A stretch of 64,000 nt of DNA from contig OZ024742.1 in NCBI GenBank assembly GCA_964016885.1, positions 103,726,001 to 103,790,000 of the forward strand, in the 5' to 3' direction. Shown here in pieces: positions 39,943-52,268 of the stretch. Both the position numbers and the translations under genes were made by a program. This stretch comes from Eledone cirrhosa. Its lineage: Eukaryota. The notes beneath the pieces were generated by a model that was given only the letters and a program-made list of their open reading frames with translations, was not told the DNA's origin and did not search any database. The first letter of the stretch is position 1; each line of letters begins with the position of its first letter.

Positions 39943-41888
39943 TCATCATCATTTTACGTCCGCTTTTCCCTGCTTGCAAGGGTGGGACGGGTCCTATTCA
40001 GCACAGCATCTCTCCACTTGTCACGGTCCTTCGTCATCTCCACCGTGAGCTTCAGCGATCTGAGGTCTGCTCTCACTACCTCCACCCATGTTTTCGTGGT
40101 CTACTTCTACTGCGTCTTCCTTCAACTGGCATTTCTTGGCACTTCTTCACCCATCGGTCATCCTCCACGCGCATCACATGTCCATACCATCGCAGTCTCC
40201 TCTCCCACACACTACAATCTATCCCTCTCAGACACAGTTTCTCACTCAACACATCCATGCTCGGTCGTTCACGCACATTGACATTGCACATCCAACGGAG
40301 CATGTTTGCCCCATTTCTCTCCAGCCGTCGCATATCCTCTGCAGTTGCTGCCCATGTCTCACTACCATGCAGCATCGCGCTCCTCACACAGGCATCATAT
40401 AACTGGCCTTTCGTACGCAGGGAGAAACCCTTCTTCGTCAGCAGAGGAAGCAGCTCCCTAAACTTCTTCCAACTCCTCCTTATTCTAGATAGTATGGCCT
40501 CGGAACACCCCCCCCCCCCCTCCCAAGCTAATCTGATCACCTAGGTATCGGAAGCTATCATTCGCTTCTATAGCACCCACCTGCATTTGAAAAAATGTCT
40601 ATCAATGCAACTTCTACTGTCAAATTTCCCTGTACATCTACTACATACATATTTCTCCCTACCTGTTAGTTTGCCTGCTATCCCACTACATCTCTTGTGT
40701 ACCCAAGATCTGCATTGTGAACATTTTATAGAATTTATGCCAGTTCCTTTTCTGCATATCGAACATGGCCATTTCCCTGACAGAATCAGAGTTTTGTCCT
40801 CTTTTCTACTCATCAACACTTTTGTCTTAGCTAGGTTCACTCTCAGTCCTCTTGATTCCAACTGCTGTTTCCATAGCCAGAATTTATTCTCTAGCTCCTC
40901 TACTGATTCTGCTATAAGAATTAGATCGTCAGCATAGAGAAGTTCCCATGGACAGCCAGTCTTAAACTCCTCTGTTATGGCTTGGAGGATTATAATGAAC
41001 AAGAGTAGGCTGAGGACCGAACCCTGATGTACTCCTACTTGTATCTGGAATTCCTCACTAAACTCCATTCCTACCCTCACTTTACTGACAGCACCGCTGT
41101 ACAAAGTTTGCACTGTTCTCACAAGCCATTCCTCAACACCCAGCTTCCTTAGGTACCACCAGATGACAGATCAGGGTGACCTATCAAAGGCCTTCTCTAG
41201 GTCAACAAAAGCTAAGTATACTGGCTTATTATTCTCTAAGAACCTTTCTTGTAATTGTCTCAGCAAGAAGAGGGCATCTGTTGTACTTTTCCCAGGCACA
41301 AAACCAAACAGCATCTCATCTAGTTTGACCCTTTCTCTAATTAGTTGTGCTAGTATCCTTTCTGCCACTTTCATAACCTGATCCATCAGTTTTATACCCC
41401 TATAATTGCTCCTCTCCAGAGCATCCCCTTTCCCTTTGTAGCAATTTATGAGAATACTGCTACACCAGTCTTTAGGTATGACACCGCCATATATAGCCTG
41501 ATTGATGATGCGTGCAACCAGTTTAGTGCCTACGTCTCCTGATGCCTCCAGCATCTCAGCAACTATCCCCGACGGTCCAACGGCCTTACCATTTTACATT
41601 TCCTTAATCGCCTCTTGGACCCTATATTCGTCAATCTCAATAGCTGGTCCCTCTGTCGGATCTACTGAGAGTAATTTCTCACTCTCCCATTCATTCTCCA
41701 CATTCATCAGTTTCTCATAATGACATTTCCAGGCCTCCTTTTTCTGATCATTCGTGACACTAAGTACACCGGCATCATTCCGGACACACTTATCTCCAAC
41801 AACATCCTGATTTGCACTGACACACTGCCTTGCCATGTGGAACACTGCACGTCTCTGATCTTCTCGTCGCAGAACATTGGCAAACCTC
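39943..41888 (-). mobile_element. RTE LINE family A, 5'-truncated, relatively young
   Basis: Consecutive ORF pieces include FVDLEKAFDR, QGSVLS, LYADD, a PHD-like finger and RRLRWYGHVMR. Confidence 0.93.
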
Positions 41889-42689
41889 CTACTCTGGACT
41901 GGGTGCTTTTGTTTGTCCCACCAGCACTAGAGAGGATGTCTTACTTGACTCATGGGACCTCTCTACCCCTCCATTTTACAGCATGGTCATAACAATAATA
42001 ACAATAATAATAACACTATTAATAATTATTAATTAATGCAATCGTGCAATGCCTGTGCGTGAAGAATATTTTTAAAGTGAGGAAAGACTGTGCACTGAGC
42101 CAATTCCACTCTCTGAGCGACAGTAGCTATAACCTGAAAAGAAGAAAAGATCAACATCATCGGTAACTACTGAGCCGCAGGTTTTATGTCGGAGTTAACC
42201 CAGTTTCCTGAGATGCCTTCTCCTAGAAGAATGCCCTGACAAGGGCTAGGGGTCCTTCACTCCCAGTGGTTTAACTGCACGGGGGGCATAGAAATAATCG
42301 GGCTGGATACCCGATTATTTCTATGTCCCCCGCGCAATATATAATCATCATCACCATTTAGTGTCTATTTTTCCACACTTGTATGGCTTAGACAGGTTGT
42401 CACATGAAACAAATCAGGTTGAGTAACCACGTCTTGCTCATACAGATGTGTATTTTGGCATAGTTCCTATGGCTGGATGTCCTTCCTAACACAAACCACA
42501 TTAAAGTGTAGACTGGGTGCTATTTATTGCTGCACAAATACAATCCTCTAACAAGATGAACTGACTTCTTTTTTCTTGTGGCACCAATGCAACCACCTTA
42601 CAGGATGGAATGGGTGCTTTTGTTTTTGTTGCACCATATCACCCAACAGGGTATACTTTGTGCTTTTTTTGTAATGGCAACAACATTGT

Positions 42690-43221
42690 ATTAGATCAAA
42701 TGTAGAGTGTGTCTAGCTTCCATGCTTGTAAGCATGGGTACACAAGAGATGTAGTGGGATCTCGGGCAGGCTAGCTAAGAACATAGGTTTTACATGTGGT
42801 TGATGCATAGGTGCAGTAAGCAGCAAATGCTCACAGGAAACAAGCTCTATCAAATGATCAGAGGGTTCCGTAGAAGTAGTTGACAGTTGAGTGACCAAAT
42901 TAGCAGTGGAGGTGGATGTTTGGAAAGTACAATAGCCAGAGTGAGAACAGGATGGAAGAAGTTCAGGGAGCTACTACAGCTGCTAGCTACAAAAGTTTTT
43001 TTCCCTGAAAATGAAGGGCAGATTGTATGATGCTTGTGTACGAACAGCAAAGTTGTAATGTGGTTGGCATTAGGATGGGCATCTAGCCACAGAAACCAAG
43101 CCAGAAATAGTGCTGTATGAGCAAGACACAGTCACCTGATCTGACTTGTCTCACAACGAAACAACATATCTAACCCATACCAGTGTGGAAAATAGATGCT
43201 AAACAGTGATGATGATGATGA
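42690..43221 (+). mobile_element. Internally deleted RTE family B fragment
   Basis: WVHKRCSGI and RTGWKKFRELL sequence joined to the 3'UTR and (GAT)n tail. Confidence 0.75.
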
Positions 43222-43319
43222 TATATATGCTTATAAACCCACTGGTTACTTAACTCTTTCCACTTACTGTTGTACTTGCTGAATTTAAAGTATGTAAAAC
43301 GTTTTCTTTTATATTCAAC

Positions 43320-43433
43320 TGAGTATGTTCCATTCAAAATACATATCACTCCAAGTCATTATTCTCATCTATTTATTGAGTATGTTCCATTCAAAATACA
43401 TATCACTCCAAGTCATTATTCTCATCTATTTAT
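43320..43433. repeat. 57-bp perfect tandem duplication
   Basis: tgagtatgttccattcaaaatacatatcactccaagtcattattctcatctatttat x2. Confidence 0.9.
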
Positions 43434-45579
43434 AAATGAACACTCGGGCATATCTTTAACATATATTTTTCTGCCTCGCTCTATTTTATTTACAAATGAA
43501 ATTCGAGCATATCTTTAATAGCTCTTGCACAATCAGTGCCTGTGGCATTTATGATCTACCCATGTGTAAAAGTTTATTTCTTTTTTTCTAACTTTAATTT
43601 AATTGTTCTCTTCAAATACAACTAATACTGCAGAAGACTTGCTTTCCATGTACACAGGAGGAAACAAACATGCAGAAGACTACACCAATCTTCCGCTCTT
43701 TACTACTTCCCAGTTATAATAACCCTCTCACCAAAATAACCCATGCACCTCACCCATGTTGAACTTGCATACTTGTTTCCCTCTCCCAACCCTCCTCACC
43801 ATTGATTCACTACTTTTGCCAAACCACACATAAGAAAAACCCCACAATGTCCACCCCATATGGTGCTCCAGTGCTACAACTAAGCACCCAGTCTGTCCTG
43901 CCTGTAAGGCGGTTGTGATTTTGATCACATATTCTTTGACATATTTGAGTATACACAATAAGTCAGAGCAAGAGATCATTGTGTTCTTATGAAAACATTT
44001 TAAATATAAATACACACACACACACACATATATATATATCATCATCATCATCTGACATCTACTTTCCATACTTGCATGGATTAGACACATTATGAGACCA
44101 ATCAGATGACCCATGTCTTGCTCATATGGATCTGTTTTGAGATTGGTTTCTATAGTTGGATGTCCTTTCTAACGCCAACCACATAACAACATGGACTGGG
44201 TGCTTATTATCATGGCACCAGAAGGACCACCTAACAGGGTGCACTGTGTGCTTTTATTTTTGTGGCACCAGCACTATCACCATAAACTAGGTGCTTTTTG
44301 CTGATGCAATGATAAAATGCACTCGATAGAGCAATGGAAAAGTATAGAAGCATGATGCAGGACCCTGGTTTGTTTAAGTGATCAGTAGCTTTGCTAAGTA
44401 TTGATTTAATCTGCCGTCCAAACCCATGCAAGCGTGGAACACGGACGCTAAACCTGATGATGATGATGATGATGATGTGACAACCATCCAACTCTTGCGA
44501 GCAAGGTTAAGATGATATATATTATATATACTCGTGTAAAAGTCAAATTTTTTAGACCATTCTTTAAGGTTAAATTGTTGGGGTCGATTATTACATGAAT
44601 ACTACTTCTAAGGATCTTGAAATTCAAGCTAGAATCCAAAGTAACAGAAACCCAACTGATCTCTAAACGAGTAGAAACAAAAACAATGAATTACACTAAT
44701 ATTACCGATTCTATGCAACAAAACACATGTCCTAGTAGATAACAAAATCCATAAACAAGGCTGCGTAGGTCTTATAAGTATTTATATTTACTCTTTTACT
44801 AGTATCCATTAAAATTAACAGACTAGCTTAGTGTAATCAATTTATATCTCATAATTACTGTATATTACCATGTTATTTCTATATACAGGATGATACCATC
44901 ACCCAAAAGTGTTGACCTGTTAACCATGAAATATATACAAGGTCTATGGAAACTCCAGATTCTTTTGCCAAAATATATAGGTAGAACACTGGAAGGTAAT
45001 ATCCGTAGTGCATTTTAAAGGGTCCGTCGAGCTGCCGATTATAGAGTTGAGTAAGATCGATACAGATCGAACCTTGAGCTGATCAGTGGCGAAACGCGCG
45101 TCACTACCAATAAATGTAATGAAGGAGTACCCAATCGTCCTTGTTATCCTTTCAATATATTACACTCTGTATAGCTCTACACCTCAACACAGAAGTGAAC
45201 CTAAACATCGAGTACTTTCCCGGGTGAACCTGCAGTAACTCCAAGTTACACTCCCTAGCTATATATCATCATCATTTCATTTTACGTCCGCTTTTCCCTG
45301 CTTGCAAGGGTGGGATTTCTACAGCTGGATGCCCTTCCTAACACAAACCTCATTTACAGTGAGGGCTGGGTGCTTCTTTGCTGTGGCACTTCCACGACCA
45401 CTCTACAGTAGAATGATATGGACCCCATCCCTATCATCTCATTTCTACAGCTGAGTAAACTGGAGCAATGTGAAATAAAGTGTCTTGCTCAAAGAAACAA
45501 CACATCACCCGGTCTGAGAATTGAACTCGCAACCTTTCGATTGCAAGGCCAATGCTCTAACCACTAAGCCATGTGCCTC

Positions 45580-45700
<121 letters not shown>

Positions 45701-45704
45701 TATA

Positions 45705-46960
45705 ACCTGGCTAAGACCAAAGTTCTAGTTTGTAGGAAAGAAAACAAGGCGGTGGTCCCTTCTGGGAAATGGTCGTGCTCGGTGTGTAGGAAAGGCGTAG
45801 GTAGAAACTCCATTTTATGTCCTAAATGCAAAGTATGGGTGCATAAAAGATGTAGTGGGATCACAGGTAAGCTAACTAAGAACATAGATTTTACATGTGG
45901 CCGGTGTTCTGGTGCAATAAGTAGCAGCAAGTGCCCACAAACTACTAGCTCTTTCAATTGCGCAGAGGGTTCTATAGAAATAGTGGACAGCTTCCGTTAC
46001 CTGGGCGATAAAATCAGCAGTGGGGGAGGGTGCTCTGAAAGTACTGTAGCTAGAGTCAGAACTGGTTGGAAAAAGTTCAGAGAGCTTATACCACTATTAG
46101 CTGCTAAAGGGTTCTCCCTAAAAATGAAAGGCAGGTTGTACAATGCCTGCATACGAACAGCAATGCTGCATGGCAGTGAGACCTGGGCATTGTGTGCAGA
46201 GGATATACACAGACTAGAGAGGAACGAAGCTTGCATGCTCCGCTGGATGTGTAACAGTAATATACGTGAACGGCAAAGCATAAACGAACTAAGGAAAAAA
46301 TTAGAGATAAGAGGGATCAGATGTTGTTTACTCGAGAGAAGGCTACGTTGGTATGGACACGTGATGCGCATGAAAGTCGATAGCTGTATAACAAAGTGCA
46401 GGGCAATAAAGATAGACGGTAGTCACGGAATAGGCAGACCTAAAAAAACCTGGGACGAGCTGATAAACTCCGACATCACACACTTACACCTCTCCAAGAC
46501 AATGTCACTGGACCGAGACCTTTGGCGGTACTCAGTAACAGAGAAGACCCGCCTTACCTAAATATATAGTAAAACCTACTCCAGCCAGTAGGCATCTCTA
46601 ACAAAATACACCCCGTCCCACCACCCCCACCCCCACCCCATCCACACCACCCCGTTCTATGTAAAGTTATGTTGGTGCCGCGCCATCCAGGCCGAAACAA
46701 ATGAGATCGTGTAGGTGTCACGACAAAAAAAACACACAGTCCACGCTGTAATGTGGCCGTGTAGGCAACACGGTAAAAACCTCCCAGACCCACACTGTAA
46801 ATGTGGTTGGTGTTAGGAAGGGCATCCAACTGTAGAAAACCTGCCAGACAGTCCTATGCGAGCAAGACAATCACTCTTGCCTCAAGTGGGACTACCCCCA
46901 TCCAAACCCATGCAAGCGTGGAACACGGACGTTAAACGTTGATGATGATGATGATGATGA
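45705..46960 (+). mobile_element. RTE LINE family B, 5'-truncated
   Basis: Open 269-aa ORF 45752-46561 (PHD-like finger, DSFRYLG, HGSETW, RWYGHVMR), 3'UTR, (GAT)n tail. Confidence 0.93.
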
Positions 46961-47080
46961 TATATATATATATAATAAAGTATATATCCCTACACGCAAA
47001 AAGCGTTTAGGGACACATGTATTGTCCAACCATATGCCAATGTGGTTCAATGGCAGGTTAATAAATTAACGAGCCAGAAC

Positions 47081-47498
47081 ATATATAATCAAGGTTTAGC
47101 AAATAAGAAAAAGTTTAAAAATAAATTTTAAAAGATTCACTGTACTCACTATGGTTACCTTTACCGAATCGGTTTCGAGCCTCAAAAATAAATGGTCAGT
47201 CCTTGCGGCCTTCCATTGAAAAGATAAACTCTCGGCACTGGACAGAATTGCTTCCACATCATTCATTCTCATCTCGGGAACAATTTTGAATAGCGCCAGT
47301 TCGTAATTTGAACTCGGGAATTTTATATTCTTCGAGTGAAAAGACCCTTCTGACGAGAGTTTATCTTTTCAATGGAAGGCCGCAAGGAATGTCCATTTAT
47401 TTTTGAGACTCGAAACCGATTCGGTAAAGGTAACCATAGAGAGTACAGTGAATCTTTTAAAATTTATTTTGAAACTTTTTCTTATTTGCTAAACCTTG

Positions 47499-47507
<9 letters not shown>
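47081..47507. mobile_element. TA-flanked inverted-repeat element, Penelope-like inverted pLTR
   Basis: ~157-bp inverted arms (47081-47237, 47351-47507) with few mismatches around a ~113-bp spacer. Contains the hammerhead and abuts (TA)n. Confidence 0.65.
47346..47430 (+). ncRNA. Type I hammerhead ribozyme motif
   Basis: cctt-CTGACGA-gagttt..aatgga..ccgcaagg..tccatt..agactc-GAAA-ccgattcgg-TA-aagg: canonical core, G10.1-C11.1, GUA site. Confidence 0.8.
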
Positions 47508-47553
<46 letters not shown>

Positions 47554-48137
47554 AATAACAATGCAAATGACAGTACATTGAAGAAATATATTAGTTTAAC
47601 ACTTGAAATAACAGGAAAAAGAGTCTTAATATGTTGGACACTAACCCTTCATCAGAAGATAGAATTAGAAATAAAAGATAAAATAGAAAGATATAGAAGA
47701 AGAAGGAACGAAGAAAAAAAAACACATGCAAATTCAGTCAGCTATTATACATGGATATGTGTGTTGGGTTATTTACTTATAGGAATATAAATGGCAACAA
47801 ATATTTCCTGATGGGGGACTGAATATCACATTTGTGCCTAATACATCCAGTCTGGATGAATTAACCACTACAGGTGAAGCAGTGTGCCACAGTCAATCAA
47901 AGTGTTGTTGTTTCTAGAATAGGTACACTGTATTCCAGCATGTCATAAAGAGCAATTAAAAGGGTTGGCTAAGGGAAGGGTGGCTAACTGTAAAACATTG
48001 TCTCAAAATATCTGGTCCAACCCATGCCAGCATGGAAAAGTGGACATAAAAACGGTGTTTATGATTGTAAATTTGTATAAAGCCAATAAGACTATTATTA
48101 CCTATAAGGCAATAAACACATGCATAGCAATACTAAC

Positions 48138-48495
48138 CTGTGAGACTATCCTCAGCTCCAAACTCTTCAACACTACCACTATTCACTGAAGTGTTGTCAG
48201 GATTAGCTAGCTTCTGTTGCAATTGTTCAATCTCACTCTCTTTGGCATCCAATTCCATCTGGAGCTTTGATTTTGCTAGCAACTCATCATTAAGTTGAGT
48301 TGTTAAATCAGAAATATCTCTCTGAAATTTCTCGACCATTTTAGTATATTTCTCTCGTTCCATCGTCAATTCCTGCTGAAGACGACGGCATTCTTTTTCA
48401 CGTTTCCGAAGAGCTCCCGAATTAGAATTGGTTTGCTTCTTGCTTTTGTCAGCAAATTCCTTTCTATTCATCACCTCAGCCAGTTTATTCACAGC
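48138..48495 (-). CDS. ROCK: ROCK exon, Rho-binding domain C-part and coiled coil
   Basis: cactttag|...|gttagt, 358 nt, phase 0->1. AVNKLAEVMNRK...LRKREKECRRLQQEL...LQMELDAKESEIEQL are hallmark ROCK motifs. Confidence 0.97.
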
Positions 48496-49189
48496 CTAAA
48501 GTGAAAACAGAAAAATAAGCAGGAGAAAGCAATGACCATGGATAGTTTCCAAGGCAGGTTTAAATATTTGATATTGGAGATTAAAACAGAACACAATTAA
48601 CTACTTTTCACAAGTTTTATACAATCAGTTCAGATATCATTCCACTGTACATTAAAGTATCGGTTCCAAATTTTCTATGGAAGAAACGTAGAACTTATTA
48701 AGGAGTTGCTCTAGGAAATATGTTCAGTGTGGTGCTTATAAATTTTTCTTAAGTGTACATGTTTACCAAAAAGTGCAATCCAGTTCTAGGGCCTCCAGAG
48801 AAAATAACTGAGATTGAATAGTGAAAAAGCAGGAGGCCCAATAGGAGTTGTGGGAGTTATGTTAAGATATCAGGAAACTGGGTTGTGAAAAAAATTGCAG
48901 AGATCTGTCAGTGGATGTTGCATACAGCCCTGATCTATTCCGAGACCACTGTCTCGACTGAGAAGCCCAACTCCTTCAGTGCATGTTTTTAAAGTCATTT
49001 TGGGACATGCCTGGGAATGCTTGGTTGCTATGGCCATGTTGAATCTCTGAGAGCAGCTTTCTGGCTGGATTTATGATACAAAATTGCTTGTGTAATGCTC
49101 TAATTAATAATAATTAAATTCCTTCAAATATTTGATTATTTTCAAAATTAATTGAAAGGAAAGTTACAGTAGAGTATAAGGGAGGAAGT

Positions 49190-50150
49190 GAAAATCGTTA
49201 AAATGCAATTTGGATTTCAGCAAGGGGAACAACTGATGCCTTTTTATTATAAAGCAACTACAGGAGAAGTACAGGAAGAAGGGGAAGTTATTTTCTTGGG
49301 TTTATTGGTCTGGAGAAAGCTTTTGATAGGATTCTGTATGAAGTTGTGGTATAGATATTGAGAGAGTTGGGAGTGGAGGTTAGAGTGTACAAAGCCCACT
49401 GCTATTTGTAGTTGGGATGGAAGTGAAGGGTTTGAAGTGTAAAGTAGGGTTTACCATAGGTATTGCTGTACACCAATGATCTGATGTTAATAGCAGCGAG
49501 TACAGAGGGATTAAAAGAGAACATGGATAGGTAGAAAGAATGTACGAAAAGTAAAAGGTATGAAGGTGAATTTCAGAAAGGCAAAGATGATGGTAAATGG
49601 TAAAGCATTTCGTATGGGAGAAAAAGAGCAGGAAAGTGGCCATGTGTAATGCACAGGTAGGATGCCGATGTGAACGCCATTAAATGTGCACTATGCGCAA
49701 TGTGGGTTAATCAAAAGTGTAGTGATGTGAAAGGAGCTACAGATGGTGGGAATGCTGAACTGGATCTTGGAAATAGTGTAAAGATATAAAGTGTGAGAAC
49801 ATTTTGTTACCTAAGAGAAAAGGAGATGTATATGGAGAGTTCCAAGAACTCCCTTCATATTAATAGCAGGCTAATGAGGAGGGGAGAGTCACTGAAACAA
49901 AAAGCAAATATGTATGCTGCATATGTGAGGAAGAAGTGTGATACATGGGAGTGAGATATGACTAGTGAACAAGGATTAGTAGGTAAAACTGGAAAGAATT
50001 GGAATGAAAATGGTTCAGTGGTTAAGCAGTATATTGCTGAGAGAAGGGGGGGGGGGGGCAATGCATTGCAGAGGTTGATGGTGTTAGAGATAGTGGAGGG
50101 TGTTGAGAAGAGAAATGGAATGAAATAATTGGATTCTATATGCATATTGT
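49190..50150 (+). mobile_element. Old degraded RTE LINE
   Basis: Remnant MQFGF..GTTDA, KQLQEKY and LEKAFDR sequence with many stops. Confidence 0.7.
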
Positions 50151-51469
50151 CTGAAGCATATAGACAATATGCCCCCACCCCCTCCCACTGTAAAGTGGTT
50201 GTGTAGGGGCTACTGAAAAAAAAGCACCCATCACTCACTGTAAAGTGGTTGTGTAGGGGCTACTGAAAAAAAGCACCCATCACACACTGTGTTAGGAAGG
50301 GCATCCAGCTGTAGAAATTAAGCCAAAATCAGTTCCCGTATGAGCAAGACAAGGTCAGCCGAGCGGGCACTGTCCACAACAGGACAACCCGTCTAACCCA
50401 TGCTAGCGTGGAAGAATGGATGATGATGATGATGATGATGATGATTGAGGAAAGATAAAAGTGACTGGGTAAAAGGTGTAATGAAAATGTGGAAAAAAGA
50501 CATGGGTAAAGGTGCTGGAATAAGAAATGAGGGTAAACAGGTTGGTATGGAGAAGATAGGGTAAAATGGAGAAGATTATGGGGCCTGCAAGGTTAACCAC
50601 AACTTCGGCAGGGGGAAATTGCCTTAAAATTCTACTTGTTTGATATTAGTGAAGATGATGACACAAATAGCTTTGATAATAGTTCCCCAGTATGTCAATC
50701 ACTAGTTTCTAACTCTATACAATGTTCAAGTGGGATGTCAGTTATGCTTAGAGAACTAGGAGTATGCAGAAACAATCATCATCATCATCATTTAATGTCT
50801 ATTTTTCATGCTTGCATGGATTAGATAGATTATCATGTACTGAGGCAAGACAAGCCACATTACCAGGTCTTGCTTTTGCACTCCATTTTTGGCTTGGATA
50901 ACCTAATGCCAACAAATTTAAGTGTGTACTGCGAGCATTTTATCGTGATCCCAACACTATCACCTTAAAGGGTGGACTGAGTGTTTTTGTCATAGCACCA
51001 GCACTACTACTTTACAGAGAATTTTTCCACAGTACTAGCATTGGAGAAGCAATAATGGGAGTGACAAGGGATGGAGTCATATCAATGGAAGTGGCCTTGA
51101 AGGGGGAGTTGCACCAAAATGATTAAACAGAACTATATAAGTAAAAAAAACATAAGTAAAACTAGAATCTGAGTGATATCCCTCGTGATGGTCTGCATCA
51201 GTGAACATTAGTAAATAAAATTTGTAAAATATGTTTTGTGTACCATGAGAAGAGGTAAGCTCATATCAGAACACACCTTTTCTGACAGCACACAAACTAA
51301 TTATATTCTATAAATGTTTCTTAGTGTAAGGCTTTAACTGGGTAGGGTTAACATAGGAGGAAGTTAAAAAAGAATGTGAAGCTGGAGTTTAAGTAATAAG
51401 AGGAGGGCAACATTGGCTAAATTGTTGACAGCAATCTCTCTCCCTCTTTCTCACCAAGACTTTACCTAC

Positions 51470-51558
51470 CTGTATCTTCTTCAGTCTCTCATCTTGCAAC
51501 ATCTTCCTCAGTTGCTCAATTTCACTGATATTATTCTCAGATTTCTCATTCTTGAAAT
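51470..51558 (-). CDS. ROCK: ROCK exon, Rho-binding domain N-part
   Basis: ttttaattag|...|gtaggt, 89 nt, phase 1->0. (D)FKNEKSENNISEIEQLRKMLQDERLKKIQ joins to AVNKLAE. Confidence 0.92.
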
Positions 51559-51987
51559 CTAATTAAAACAGAAAAAAAATATGTAACAACAACAACACAA
51601 AAAAAGAGAAAACTATTTAAACATGCCATCTCTCTCTCTCACTTCCAGCAATCCCTTTTCTACCCCACATCTCCCTTTGATTACATTCTCTTCCTCCATC
51701 ACATATACTGTTTCTATTCCTTACCAACTACAATTATGTTACTCTTTATCGTTACTCTCTCTTTTATCACCATCTTTCTCCAATCGGTCTAACTTTCATA
51801 GTTTACTCACCCACCCCCTCTCTCTTTCTCTTGGGTGTATGGAAAAGAAAGGAACATATGAATGTTTGGTAGCAAAAAATGTCATTAACAACATGGCAAC
51901 ATTCTGCTGGAAATAACCACATAATTCCTGTTAGATCAGCAAAAGTGGATATCTAACACAAGTCTGGAACCAAGAGTGTCAGAAAAA

Positions 51988-52136
51988 TTCAGTGGTATAA
52001 CTGCATAAGAAACTAGGAAATTTGATACCAAAACAATCAGTGGTATAACTGTATAAGAAACTAGGATATTTGATACCAAAATAATCAGTGGTATAACTGT
52101 ATAAGAAACTAGGATATTTGATACCAAAACAATCAA
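51988..52136. repeat. 48-bp tandem repeat x3
   Basis: tcagtggtataactgtataagaaactaggatatttgataccaaaacaa. Confidence 0.9.
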
Positions 52137-52174
52137 CCTGAGGTATTTCATAAAGATAAATATTTGACACTCAC

Positions 52175-52268
52175 CATCTGCCATTTTATTCATTTTATTT
52201 ATTAAATCATCTTTCTCATTTTGAAGTTGTTCATTGTTTTTACCGTACTCACGTTTAGAATCTTCCAG
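52175..52268 (-). CDS. ROCK: ROCK exon, coiled coil
   Basis: catcttcag|...|gtgagt, 94 nt, phase 0->1. Encodes LEDSKREYGKNNEQLQNEKDDLINKMNKMAD. Confidence 0.9.

Noticed and set aside
39807-40544. 245-aa plus-strand ORF (also 45997-46371 and 63027-63527)
   Set aside because: Antisense shadow frames of RTE coding sequence.
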